This document shows, piece by piece, positions 36,453 through 50,163 of a stretch of DNA of 64,000 nucleotides. Source of the DNA: Lytechinus pictus (lineage: Eukaryota); NCBI RefSeq assembly GCF_037042905.1, contig NC_087252.1, positions 11,410,001 to 11,474,000 of the forward strand, read 5' to 3'. Position 1 is the stretch's first letter, and each line of letters starts with the position of its first letter. The notes under the pieces are model-generated. The model saw only the letters and a list, made by a program, of their open reading frames with translations. It was not told the DNA's origin and did not search any database. The position numbers were made by a program, and so were the translations under genes.

Positions 36453-37006
36453 GTTCTCATTATACTTTTTTTTTATCAAGGTTCGGTAACAAGCTAAGTG
36501 TTATTACCATACAAAAAAAAACTAGTGAGGGACATCATCGACTCTCTCGTCTGCATATCACCGAGTTGTGCGTGCATATAACTGTTATGTGAAAATTAAG
36601 CGAAACTTTAAATTGTCATAACTGTCTTATTTTACATCCGATTTTGATAATTTTTTCAGCGTCATGTTTGTTTGATTTTTCTCTATTGATTGAATGCTAC
36701 ATTTTTCTCGGGTGGACTTTACCTTTAAAAATACACGTTTCCTTATTCAAAATGCACATGATTGCAACTCTACAAAATCAAACCAAATTTTATTTTCAAC
36801 CAAATTGAATCACTGATTCTAGACTTGTGATCAATTCGTCGAGTTCCATTTAAACACAACTCTTTCTGTAATGAGCCTATCAACTAAGTTGACAAGTTTA
36901 TTACGACTGCAATTAAATTTGACAGGCTACCGCGGCAACGTCATTCTTTGAACTGAAATAGGCCGTCAAAGCCTTTACTATGAATGCTTAAATGACATTG
37001 CCTTAA

Positions 37007-37584
37007 AGGAGAATGAAACTCTTGGAGCAAGTTAGCTTTTGTGAAAGCAGAAAAATCAAAGAATAAGATCAACAAAACTTTGAGTAAAATAGGACTAGCA
37101 ATAAAAGAGTTATGAGCATTTGAATGTCGAGATCACTAATGCTATGGAGATCCTCCCATTGGCAATGCGACCAAGATCTGTGATGTCACACACGTACAAC
37201 TCTCCCATTCGGACACTGAAAATATACCCCAAAACATCTCTTTTTGCTCATTCTAATCATATGACAAACGATTCATCAATGATATAATGTTGTGAAACCT
37301 CTGTACTTGTCATCCCATAAAGAAAACACCTAACCTTGTGATAGACTCTATAAAAGTGAGAATATAAGTGAAATAAGTACTAAAGTAATGAGGGAGTTGT
37401 ACGTGTGTGATATCACAGATCTTGGTCGCATTGCCGATGGGAGGATCTACATGAGTGATCTCAATATTCAAATGCTCATAACTTTCTTATTATTCATTCA
37501 ATCTTCCTCAAACTTTCAACAATATGTTTCTTTGATTTTTCTCTTTGATATGGATTGAGCTAGTTTCAAGGGTTTCATTCTCCT
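37007..37584. mobile_element. Kolobok-like MITE with TTAA TSD
   Basis: TTAA|AGGAGAATGAAAC ... GTTTCATTCTCCT|TTAA, with long imperfect inverted arms. Confidence 0.8.
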
Positions 37585-38123
37585 TTAAGTTCTAACAACA
37601 TTAATGGAAAAAATATTAGGATATAAGGGGGTTATGTTCGTATTTAATAAATACTGTGCTTGAATAACACTTAAAATTTAACTGTTAAGGTTAAATCGAC
37701 ATCATCAAGAAACACACGCTGGCGATGCTTGACATGATGGAATAATTGTATCAACATGAACATGATGAACACGCTAATTGTGATATACCGAATATTTCCT
37801 CAAATTTTGGTCATTTACAGTTATCTTCATATCCAACTCAATTATGCCAACGTTTTTGACCCAACAACGTATGCAATCGAAAAAGTTCATTTTTCCATTT
37901 ATTTCATTAAAAAAAAACACATAGTAAATATTGGCAGTCGAGTATACAAATCAATACGATTTAGAACACTGACAATAATCATAGATGATATGAATACGAA
38001 TAAACATTCTACAACCCTAAAAATATGACATCACTTAAATTACCATGTGATTAATTTATTTATTTATTTTGATTTATTAATTAATTAATTTATTTATTTA
38101 TTCATTTATTCATTTATTCATTG

Positions 38124-38479
38124 AATAATAATAATAATAGCCAATTTTTGTATAGCACTTTTCCCAGAATGGATCAAGACGTGCTACAGCATATTATTAC
38201 CCTGGCAATTGGATTTATTTCGATCCCGCACGAAAAGTGCACAATTTCCACTCCCTGGGGAGCATTCCTTGCATTCATCGCAGCCTCATTATGGTGCTGG
38301 CAAATTCAAACATACAATATCTTTCGCAACCTACCGGGTACCCATTTAGCACCTGGGTCGAGAGTAGCAAAGTGTGGATTAACGCCTTGCCAAAGGACGC
38401 TAGACCGCGGTGGGATTCGAACACACGACCCTCTGTTTACAAGGCGAGAGTCAGAACCACTACACCACGGCTCTTCCAC
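38124..38479 (-). mobile_element. tRNA-derived SINE
   Basis: Minus strand carries an A box (TGGTGTAGTGG), a B box (GTTCGAATCC), a central GACCCAGGTGCTAAATGGGTACC and a (TAT)n tail. It is absent from the paralogous position downstream of the second GPCR. Confidence 0.85.
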
Positions 38480-38596
38480 AGAGAAATGGAGAGGCCCTTA
38501 TATATTTCATGGGCTACTCACATCTTTCCAACATAAACATACCAAAACGAATTCCAACAATTTGCAAGCTGCGGTCCAATCATTAGTACCCCATAA

Positions 38597-39533
38597 TTAT
38601 CTTTTAAAGCAGAGTATTGACCGGCAACTGTCCCGAGCTGCTCGGCGATAGGCTGCATTGGTCCGAGCAAACACGAAAGCATTGCTCCAGGAATTCACGA
38701 GTGATAAAAATCGAAGAAGAACACTTATAGTTCTTGGAGTTTCGTAGTGATTCGTTGTAATTGCGATGAACAACTGTGCAATGGCTGGTACCCAAGAAAT
38801 CAAATTTACAACGCTGATGATCAAGACAGTTTTGACCCCTTTAAGTTTAGCCCTACGAGGTCCTACACGATTGACATCAATACCACGAGGAACGGCTTGG
38901 GCGGCAATGGCTCGAGCTTGCCGAGTAGCTATAAACATTGTTACTATATTCAATGTTATACCTGTGTATATTGTGTACGACGGAGAGTGAATATAGAGAG
39001 GTGATGACTGCTATGTCCGAAGATGTTAAGTTTCCACTCGATATAAAGGTCTCATTGTTGCAAGTATTGGAACCGGTAGACAACTTATAGACGGAGGTTC
39101 CGGGAACGAAGCCCATGATGAGGAAGGATACGGGGACACATATCGCTAAACCGAAACAAAGGGAAGCAGAATGAATGTTCACGATCGACGGATAACGTAG
39201 TGGTTTCGATATTGCGATATATCGGTCGACATTGAGACAAGAAATTGTAATGGCAGATAATAGAAGCCCAAAATAAAATATCAGGACTAGGACTCGATCC
39301 AGCTCCCCTGAAAGAGGGCAGCTATTTCCAACACTCTCTAGAATTTGATGCGTGCATCCTGATAGCCCGCTAATTAAGTCCACCACTCCAATGCACCGGT
39401 AAAGAAATCGTGGGGCATCTTCAAATATACTCCAATGTTTTTGAAGGATAACGAGAGAACAGACATTTGTCGATATGACAAGAAAACCAGTGGATATAAA
39501 TACGAAACATATAAAGATATCGATGGCAATCAT
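38597..39533 (-). pseudogene. Intronless rhodopsin-class GPCR with a single +1 frameshift near 38974
   Basis: Two overlapping ORFs (38877-39611 and 38597-38953) together align with the 42043-42984 paralog, including NVDRYIAISKPLRY. An extra base turns GTA CCA into GTA CACA. Confidence 0.85.
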
Positions 39534-40487
39534 TGTAATGATTGTTGCAATTGACCAATTTGGGAGTAAAAACACCTTGAAATATTGGCATGTGGGGCAA
39601 ATCTGTGGCAATTTGCAGTTTATATTGTATGTATATATCAGGATCGACCAAATGCTCTGAAATCACTCCTCTTTAAAAATCAATGGAAATATCAAAATCA
39701 GGACTCGAAAAGCAGACTCTACATTATTACCGGAAGCACTGAGCGCATCATTTCAGGGGCACGTTACCGAAAGATTTGCAATCAAATTCAACTCTACAAA
39801 CTCAAACTTATCTTTATTTTTCAACCAATCATAACCGTCGATTCTAAATTTGTCATCAATTCTTCGAGTTTCATTGAAACACAACTCTTTCTGTAATGGG
39901 CATATCAACTAATTTGACAGGTTTATTACGACTGCAATTAGATGTGACAGGCTACCGCTTCAATGTCTCTTTTTGGACTGAAAACAGGTCGCCAAGGCCT
40001 TTACTATGAATGCTTAAGTGACAATGCTTTAAGTGCTCAAAATATTGACGGAAGAATATCAGGATTATAATGGGGATATGTGTCTTATTTGGTAAATTTC
40101 GTGCTTGAACATCACTTAAAATTAACCAGTCAGTCGGCAAGCCCTCAAAAAGTGACTAGAGTGGTTTTGCATTGTTAATGAGCTTGGTGCGGACCAAAAC
40201 ACCTCTTTTAATTCGGCCATTGCTGCTCTAAATATTAACCAAATTTCATGTTTTTGGTATCTTTATAAAGAAGAAATATCATTTTTTCAGGTTATGTGTT
40301 TGGATTTTTAAAAACATGTTGTAATGTAGAAAAAAACTTTTGATCTAAAACATGAAACAAAATAATTATTTCATGCAAACAAAAGTTGTTGTTTTTACCC
40401 CTAATTTCAGTTTGAGCACAATGATTTTTAAATTATGATAAAGCTAAAGATCTAAGCTTTAATATGATATAATTTTTAGAAGAGGTA

Positions 40488-40778
40488 TTTTAGATGGGTC
40501 AGCAGCCAGCTTTTCATAGGCCAAGTACATTTAGCAGTTCAAAAACAAGAATACTGCTCTCTGATTGGTCATAGACACCACACACCAACGCAAATGTTCA
40601 TCACACTGGGCCTCTGAAGGTCACACTCACCATGTGGTAATCTCTTCAAATTACCCGCGCCTGTTGTTCTGAAAACATTATTCAGCCAATCAGAATTCTA
40701 GATTTTATGCTACTCAGAAATTTCAGAAATATCGTCCTGCATCTTGATGGAAAAGGCTGGCTGGTGACCCATCTAAAA
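40488..40778. repeat. Small inverted-repeat element
   Basis: TTTTAGATGGGTCAGCAGCCAGCTTTTC ... GAAAAGGCTGGCTGGTGACCCATCTAAAA. Confidence 0.5.
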
Positions 40779-42042
40779 GGTGTCACATATCAAGAGTGAC
40801 ATTGTATGGAAGTAGAAAGTTTGAGCTTTCTGATGATATAAATAATGTTTGTGCCCAAAACACAAAATTTGCACAATTCGCAAGAGAAAACAGAGAAAGA
40901 AAACTTTGTTTGAAGCCTCTTTTCAGGCCTAAAATTCACTTATTTATCAAAATATTTTATTCAAAACAAATAACCCAATATAAAAGAGTAACGTTTATTC
41001 TTCCCTATGGTACAAAAATAATCAATTTTACTCAAGGAAAAAATGGTTAAATTCTTTAAGAAAAAAGTCTCACAATTCACGAAAGTTTGTAGGGATATGA
41101 ATTCAGCCACGAGAGGACTTGGATAAATCTTGCTCATTTGCTCATTAACATAGGGGCTTGCAGACTGACTATAACTGCTTGGATAATATCGACATGGTCA
41201 TCAACAATACTTTGGGCGATTCTTGACAATGGAATAATGGCATTTACATAAACACGCTAATTTTGAGCTACAGACATTTTCTCAAATTTTGGTAATTTAC
41301 TGTTATCATATCCGGATCAATTGTGCCAACGTGATCGGCCTAACAACGTGTGCAATTGAAACATTTCATTTGATATATTCCATTTTCAACAACATAAATT
41401 TCAAGTAAATAAAGTCGAGTTAATTAATACCAATCAATATACTTAACAATCATCATACATTCTATAACCCCCAAAATATGACATCCATTAAATTACCTTG
41501 TGATTCATTTGCATTTTTGGGAAAATTGGAGAGGCCCACTACGAAAGCAGCATATGTATTTCGTGAGCTACGTGTATTCACATATTTTCAACATCTATCA
41601 ACATGATCAACAACCTTGTGTCATCGTTGCTTTCCCAATAACCCCGCAACAAACCAGTTTGCAACGCTGTGCTGTATCGTATCATGTATATTTAATTTCA
41701 ATTAAAACAGTTTTAGACCCTGGCAACAGACATAACAAATTTGTAAGTTGTCCAACCAAGATGAGCGTTGGCAACATGGTGCATGATTATTGCTTGTCCA
41801 ACAACTTTCCATTAAACCAGATTCCAACGTTGTGTCATCGTCACCTGTCAATTGGACCAGTTTCCGATGCTGTTCTTGACAATACTTCCCCAACGTCCAA
41901 AGAGTTGAGTTTGCAGGGTTTGGGGACAGTGGCTGCAGTCCTGTAGGCCTATAAAAAAAGCAAGGTATTGGGTCCGGTTCTTCATTAATTCCTACATTTT
42001 GCAAGTTTAGGCCCATTCGTAAGTAGGCTCTACATGCCGCAA

Positions 42043-42984
42043 TTATCTTCTAAAGCAGAGTATTGATCGAAAACTGTCCCGAGCTGCTCGGCGATAGGCT
42101 GCATTGGTCCGAGCAAACACGAAAGCATTGCTCCAGGAATTCACCAGAGATAACAAAAATAGAATAGCGCTTAGTGCTCTTGGAGATTCATAATCATTCA
42201 TCGTAATCGCGATGAACATCTGTGCAATGACTGGTACCCAAGAAATCAAATTCACAACGCTAATGATCAAGACAGTTTTGACCCCTTTGAGTTTAACCCT
42301 ACGAGGTCCTACACCATTGCCATCAATGCCACGAGGAACGGCTTGGGCGGCAATGGCTCGAGCTTGCCGAGTAGCTATAACCATTGTCATCATACTCAAT
42401 GTTATACCAGTGAATATTGGTACGAGAGACGTGGCATATAATGAGCCAATGATTGCTATGTCCGAAGAGGTAAAATATCCACTCGATAAGGTCTTATTGT
42501 TGCAAGTGTTGGTTATGGTAGAGTGAGTAGACATAATGTAGACAGGTGTTCCAGGAACGAAGCCTATGATTAGGAAGAGTATGGGGAGGCATATCGCTAA
42601 ACCGAAACAAAGTGAAGCAGAACGGATGTTCACGATCGACGGATAACGTAGTGGTTTGGCTATCGCGATGTATCGGTCGACATTGAGACAAGAAATTGCA
42701 ATGGCAGATAATAGAAGCCCAAAATAAAATATTAGGACCAGGGCACGGCCCAGGTCCCCTGGAAGATGGTAGCCATTTCCAACAATCTTTAGAATTTGAT
42801 ACGTGCATCCTGATAGCCCGCTTAACAGGTCCAACACTCCAATACAGCAGTAAAGAAATCTTGGGACATCTTCAAAAATACTCCGATGTTTTTTAAGAAT
42901 AACGAGGGAAAAGACATTTGTCGATAAGACGAGAAGACCGGTGAAAACAAATATTAAGCATATAAAGATATCGATGGCGAGCAT
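42043..42984 (-). CDS. Intronless rhodopsin-class (class A) orphan GPCR, 313 aa, possibly chemosensory
   Basis: Seven hydrophobic segments, TM1 N, TM2 D, DRY (NVDRYIAIAKPLRY), TM6 SWVP, and TM7 VNSWSNAFVF. Confidence 0.9.
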   Translation of the reverse strand: MLAIDIFICLIFVFTGLLVLSTNVFSLVILKKHRSIFEDVPRFLYCCIGVLDLLSGLSGCTYQILKIVGNGYHLPGDLGRALVLIFYFGLLLSAIAISCLNVDRYIAIAKPLRYPSIVNIRSASLCFGLAICLPILFLIIGFVPGTPVYIMSTHSTITNTCNNKTLSSGYFTSSDIAIIGSLYATSLVPIFTGITLSMMTMVIATRQARAIAAQAVPRGIDGNGVGPRRVKLKGVKTVLIISVVNLISWVPVIAQMFIAITMNDYESPRALSAILFLLSLVNSWSNAFVFARTNAAYRRAARDSFRSILCFRR

Positions 42985-45591
42985 TGTTAATGATTGTCAG
43001 TTGACCAAGGTTTGGAGTAAAATTGAGATTTTGGCAGGTCGACAAATTGGTGGCATGAATGCTATGTTTCACAGTATGTATTGCGTGTGTATCTGGATCG
43101 ACTGAATGCTCCGAGATAATTTCGACATCTTCTTCAGATAACATACTCATTGGGGAAATATTAAAAGCTAGTCTCTAAAAAGCAGACTATTTATTATTAC
43201 TGGAAGCACTTAGCACATCATTTGAGGGACGAGTTGCCGAAAGATATGCAATTAAATACAACTCTAAAAAATTAAACAAGGCCTGATTTTTAACCAATCA
43301 GAATCGTAAATTCTTGACTTGTTACCTATTCTTAGAGTTTCATTAAAACACAAATCTATCTTTAATATGCCTATATCAACTAGCCTATCAACTAATTTGA
43401 CATGTTTATTACGACCGCCATTTGATATGACAGGCTACCGCAGCAATGTCTATTTTTGAAACTGTAAAATGACATTGCTTTAAGTGCTCATAACATTAAT
43501 GAATAAATATTGGGAGTAATATGTGGATATGTCGGGGAATATGTGTGGCAAGGGCAAACTTTGCGCTTGAGTGTGAAAACGCATTTTGTTCCGAGGCCCG
43601 ATCTAATTGTTACGATACCGGCGTCTGCCAACAGCTTGCTCTTGTCAGGAGGCCTCCTGCTGGCAGGTTTAGCCACGTTAATTTCCAAACGGTGTTTGCA
43701 TTCTAAACGAATATTTACACCTTTCCCGATTATTATTTTTTAATATTATTATTCGGATTTTTTGTTTCATTTTTTTTAATCATGAGAAAAAGCACAAATT
43801 GCAAAAACAAAAATAAGGCAAAACCAACGCAAATAAAACATACTAAAGAACAGAAATGAAATTTTCGGCCTATACAATGCCTCATTAGGCGTCAGAATAT
43901 AACCTACATATACATTGATACAGGACCTATTTCATATCTGGTATTTTTCGGTCATCTAAATACGTCTGTATGTTGACGTCATGCCAATATCATTTTAAGT
44001 CGAGTACATTAGAAAAAGCAAAAGTAATGTAGAGAAAAACATATATATAAATACATATGAAATAAAATAAATAACAAATACAGATAATAACTTCTATAAT
44101 TATGTCTTTTTTCATCCTCCTCTCTTCACTTTTTTCCGTTTCTTCTAAGTATTGTGTTCTTTTTTCATTTCCTTTTTTGATAGAATTATAACTTCTTGTT
44201 TCTTCTTGATCCCGTTAGATTTAGTCTATGCAGATTTATTTTTAAAATTAACCAGTCGGGGTAGCCTTTTCCGTCTGGTCAGATATAGAGTCAGATATAT
44301 ATCATATCCACTGGTAGTAAACATTCTTCTTCTTCTTTGTTGTTCTTCCCCCGGTATTCGAGGATCAGCGGCTATCCGCAGGTTGGTTGTTGTGTTGAAG
44401 TAATTCAACCCTTGAATTCAACCCTTGAATTTCATCCTAATTTTTTTACGGATTTCAATAAAGTGCCACTTTAACGCACGAGTCTATTGGAAATGTTTTA
44501 ACATGGTTTAACGCACAAAAGAGAATCAGAGCCCATTGAACACAATGTACAGAAGGTCCAGAAGTTAATCTGATGGATAAGGGTCTGAAAAAAAACTTAC
44601 TTGAGGCTTAAAGTTCTTAAAATTACGGACAATAGATCTTGCGCATCATTCTCAACTCAGGGTTAAATGATATGGCTTAAATTCGCGATTTAACTCAATG
44701 GTAACTCAAAGGGGGAATCCAACCCAAATTAAAACTTGTTTTTAGAGGAAGAAGAAAGAGAGAAATCAGACAGATGATAGGTGAAAGTTAGAACAATATC
44801 GGACAAACGATAAGAACGTTGAGACTTTTTAAAAGTTGTAAAAAATTGGTAATCACTATATAAACCCATGGAGACTTCGAATTGGCCGCATATGTGATTT
44901 CATAGTGATGTAAAACAAGGACTACTCTTCCATGTACTCCAATACATATAAGTAATAACTATAATATATTTTGTTTTTTCAAATTTAGTCTTACTTCAAA
45001 TTATATTTATCTTTCATGAGAAAACAATATACTACCTGGGTTATATTTAGATTACTGCCCTAGGGGAATGTGTTCTTAGGAGAAAACCACATGGCCTATA
45101 TATGGGAAAGTTAAGTGTCCTTGCCCCCTTGTCATAATTTACTTACCCAGTTGCCAATTTGAAATGTACATGTACATAGTCTTAGGGATCTCAATTTTGA
45201 AGCAGCCATAAGTTTCTTATTGCTTTTCCGATTTATTTCAAACCTTCACCATTCTGTTTTATCAATATTACTCCTTTCCAACATATTTGAAATAAATAAA
45301 TAACATTTTATGACCAAGGCTAGATTACACCTGTGACACAAAAGGTGGTGACACGGGCTCCTTAGACATTTGCTCCGGTCTTAATATCTCAGAGGGCACT
45401 GTTTTAGAGTTAGAATTGTAATAGAGCTTTTGGTTCAAAAAAGATTATAGGATCAAAGGACAAGTCCACCCCAACCATATATTGATTTTAATAAAAAGAT
45501 AAAATTCCAACAAGCATAACAATTAAAATTTCAACAAAATTGATAAAAATAAGAAAGTTATGACATTTTAAAGTCTCGCTTAATTTCACAA

Positions 45592-48500
45592 AATAAGATT
45601 ATTCGAATAAACGAAGAAGATAGTTTGCGAGAGAAGACAGGTCTTCTCAAAAAACCAATTATTGGCAAGCCATACATGGCCCGCGAAAACAAAGCGCGCC
45701 CCTGCGATTCCGCGGGAATTCTCTAAGGACACGCCCCCAGCAACATGTCTGTGATTGGCTGGGCATGTCATGGATGGCGCCGTTACACAGCGCCCTTGGT
45801 GACAGCCAGGCAACGGCAACGGGGGCACAGCCTCTACGCTAAAAAGAACCAATGAAATGCATTGAAAGAATTCAGGGACGTGCGCAATACGCGACAGATT
45901 TGGAAGCACATGTTCATTCTCAACTAAGCTCTGGGGGATGCAAGACGTTAATTCGTAGTTCGCTATGAAACCGTTCTTGGATCATCATAGTTTAGGCCTC
46001 ACTTTAGCAGGCTAATACAAACAATTCAAGTACTAGTATTGCTCATCCCAGGTCACAGGGATGTCAGGATAAAATGGATCCCGGGAAAATTAATTCTCAG
46101 CGTTTTAATCAACATTATGAATGGCTAGCCGTCCAGATCTCGCTGACGACACGCTGGTGGAGCTGCAGAGTGCAGTGAAGGGATGGACGGATACAACGCT
46201 GAATTACCGAACCCCTACAGGGTCTATCTCAGTTAGGCCGGGATCACCGTTCTCGTTAGAGGTCTAACGTTAGATCGACCGCTATTTTGCCACGGTCTAT
46301 CGGTGAGACTGCAGAGTTGGAATATACATCAGCTTCCACAGGAATAATAAGTACTTTCAGTCAAACGGAAGCTCTGACCAATGCCGTGAATGAGGATATT
46401 TGCCGGAGTTGTTCTCCTATGAGTACAACTAGGCCGATTGTCTTTTGAGGCTGTGCCTGTGATAAAACTGCCGGCGATGCTTCGAGTTCGATGGAGCTGG
46501 ATCTAATTGATTGTTGATGCGAATGGAGTGGAGTTAGGGCCCGGACCACAGTGTATATATCTTGACCCGGTGAGTGTTTGGATCCATGTTTGTACTTGTA
46601 GTTGCACATCTTCATTCTTGACCTAGACCTTAAATGAATTTGGCCTGAACCGGCCGCTATAGTATAGCTATTACTTAACTTGGGGCCCGGAACTCTAACG
46701 TTATAACTTGTGATACTAGATCTAGGCCTATATCTATTGACCAAATTCAAAGTTCCAACTCAGACTAAATGTTCTCTGGGCCTGGATCTATCCCTATAAC
46801 CCCTTTGGCTTTGGTTCTAGGGCCAACTATGATATACGATATCGATCTAATAGGACCGAACATTTTTCAATATATTTCTAATGTGGTTGCGGGAATGCAG
46901 GATAAATGGAAACTGAAGGACCTAGGCTAGCTTCGACTCGGCTTGGTTTGCGACTGGAGTTGAGTTGCTCCATGAGTTAAGTTGATTCAATATGACTTTA
47001 TGAGAGCGTTGGTAAGGGTCGAATCAGAGGGCAATATGAGTTTTTTGTATTGGATCTAATTAAAGGATCAACATTCTGTTTCGCCAGCTGAGTCCCGGCT
47101 CATGCTACAAAATAAACAAAAAAGAAATAAACGATGCTCCATACACCAAGCTGGATCCCACGATAATTTGAGCCCATTGATCAGCTGGCATTTTGTAACC
47201 AAATTCCCCAAAATGAACAGGATAGGGGCTATAAATGAAACTGGGGTGGCTGCCTTCGGTGTGAACAGGGATACGAAAAATATGATGAAATAAACTGCAT
47301 TCGCCTACCGGTACTAAAACGATATTATTCATTGAGATAGATGGTAGAGGTATAGGTCGATGTACCGTAATCCGTATTTTGCTGTCCATTGGGCGTGTGT
47401 AATAATAGTTATTTGCTTTGTCAACTTCATCCTGTTCTGGACCTACATTAATTAACTGGCAGCTTAGTTGCTTGATGAGGTTGGGGAATGCTAAGATACG
47501 TCATTTTTTTATAGACCTCTATTACCAAATTTCAGTTCGGAAATGTAGTCAATGTATGCCCAGTGTCCGTACCACTTATCCCTTCTCGCCGGCCTCGAGT
47601 TTATAAGATGGCGTAAAGATAAAACATAACCACAATAAAATATACGTCGATTGTATCATTCCGGGTGAGGAGGGGAAGTTGAGGGCGTTTGTGCCCCCCC
47701 CCCCCCCCGAAATGCTCAAAAGAGCCCTGGAAAACCCAATTTATTGCCATGTTAAAGCTTATCCAACGCTGTAGGTTCGGCCCCTAGTTGTGAAAAGTGA
47801 AGGGAACGAGTGCGGGATTCACAAATTCATTGGCATACTTTTTAAAAGGGCGATTTGGAAAATCCCCTTTTATTGCAATTCTGGAGCGTTGCAAGTTAAG
47901 GCGATTAGTTGTGGAAAGTATAAGGGAACAGGTATGGAATTCCTTGCACACATTCTTGTCACGTTGTGTTGAACAATACTCTGCCGGAAGATTTGTTTGT
48001 TTTTTACCTCTCCAGGGACGTGGAGTCTGAAGTTAATTGGCCAGGGCACAAATGATCAAGCCTAGACCCAGACTGATGTACGAGGAGACTTAGCTAAGCT
48101 TGACCTGGACTGGTGTACGAAGGGACAGGGCTTAGACTTGGCTTACTATGGTTCACATTGGATGACAGTGGTTGCAAAGGTTTTCACACTGCAAGATGAG
48201 AAATCCGGATTTATTTGAAGATGCCGGATTTATGGTTTAACGTAATGCTCTAAATAGACGAGAGGTTGAGAAATGCAGTGATCAAGATCCTTAAGTCCAG
48301 ACTTGAAGAGGAAACATGAATAATCTCGAAGTTGTTGAGAAGTATAACCCTTGGCGGAGAAAACTAAAAAACCTTGGAAAAAAGGGGCATTATGGGAACA
48401 CCTTCAGTTCGTATCTATTTGCAATTCTGGGCAGCCAGCAAAGTCGGTTGAAGCATCGATAACCAAGAATATAAGCAAAAACTGTGAGGCATGTCCCTCT

Positions 48501-50108
48501 GGTGCATTTATGTGCTTATATATGTCTCTTCCTTTAAGACATAACCTCACCTGTTGTAAGAGGCGATCTCATATTATATATGAAGCCAACTTGAATGTGG
48601 GAATGCACGCCTTGATTTTTATGCCCCCATTTAACTTCATTAATTGATGTGGAATGGATATTATTTGTTTCGATTCACACTGGTGACCAAAAACGAAAAA
48701 AAATATTTAAAAAAAGAAAGAAAAAAAAAAAAATAAATAAATAAAAATCCCGGTTCTTAGCTTGAAGGAAGGCATTCCTACATAAACATTACACATGAGA
48801 AAATCATGCAAAATTTCCTAATGCATGAACTGTTACCAGGGATAATGAAATTCAATGGTCTTATTTAACGGTTATGGAGGCCACAGTTTGTTCACTTGAA
48901 AAGAAATACACATTTATCAAATAGTTGTGGAGATCGATTTTGTATGGCATTTCATCAAACAGTTGAGTTGTACAATAATGATAGAATTACTAGCATGGTT
49001 TGGCTATACATTAATTTGATATATTCTTTGGCCTCAAATTATTTCATGTTAGAGTCACTTCGATTGACATTAAGTTGAAATTAGTTGAAAGAAGGGTACT
49101 CCTTTTTAAGGTGTGCCAAGACATTTGTTGATTTGTTGTTTCACATTTCCGCAAAAGTGGATCCGAAGGTTTTCCAGAGTTTCTTCTCACCGAGTTTTAT
49201 CTCTGGTTTTTTACCCTGGACCTACTTGACGTGGAATTGGTTTCAGCTCTCGTTGCATGAGTTATTTTTAGTACAACGAGTGCTTAAACTTGCGAACAAC
49301 ATTCACTCGCAGGGGGAATGAAATAAGCAAGGATGCGATGTTGTCAAGCTTGTTAATGGTTTAGAGTGAGAATGGTTGGCCAATGTCCAATTGATGTAGA
49401 GATATTTATAACAACTTGGAGGTGTAGACGAAGAGTATGGTATATGATGCGTCCATTCGTTGATCGCATGAGATTGCTTTGTATGGAATAATTTTTTGAT
49501 TGTTGACTATCCATTCCGATGGCTGGCATGGTTTATTGATCATTAACTTAGTTGTTGTTGTCCTTGATTATTGAATTGGCTGGGTTGTCGAGCGTGAAAA
49601 CTCACTTTTGAACTTATGGCTTGGTTACAGAATTACCGACTGATTATTATCGGTAGCTTTGACATCAGCTTTCCAGGGGAGGCAATGGTTTGATAATTTA
49701 AAGTCGACGGCACCGATGCACGGCCCTCTATTCTGCCTTTTAGGGTCGCCGCCGAGGAGGCAGAATATGGGACCAAATCCTACCTTAGTCATGATATCGG
49801 GGGTGCTTTGGAAGAGTGGCCCTTATTTTATCGAGTATTATTATACGATAAAATGCACAAAATAGAATTCTCATACTAGTATAATGGCGACATTGTTGAA
49901 GTACGAGTATAATTACATGACAAAAGAAGATGACGCTCATAGTATATATTTTGGTCCTAGTGCAGAGGACAAGGGAGAGAGAGCATATATAATTTATGGG
50001 TTTCCGAAACCATGAGTTGCAACCAGGAAACCAGACGCGATGGTTTGGGAGGGATGGCCTTGATATGAAGGGACTCCCAAAATCCAATAGTGTTTGCCAA
50101 GTGTCACG

Positions 50109-50163
<55 letters not shown>

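Noticed and set aside
38400..38479. tRNA gene
   Set aside because: The A and B boxes continue into a SINE body and (TAT)n tail, with no complete cloverleaf or terminator.
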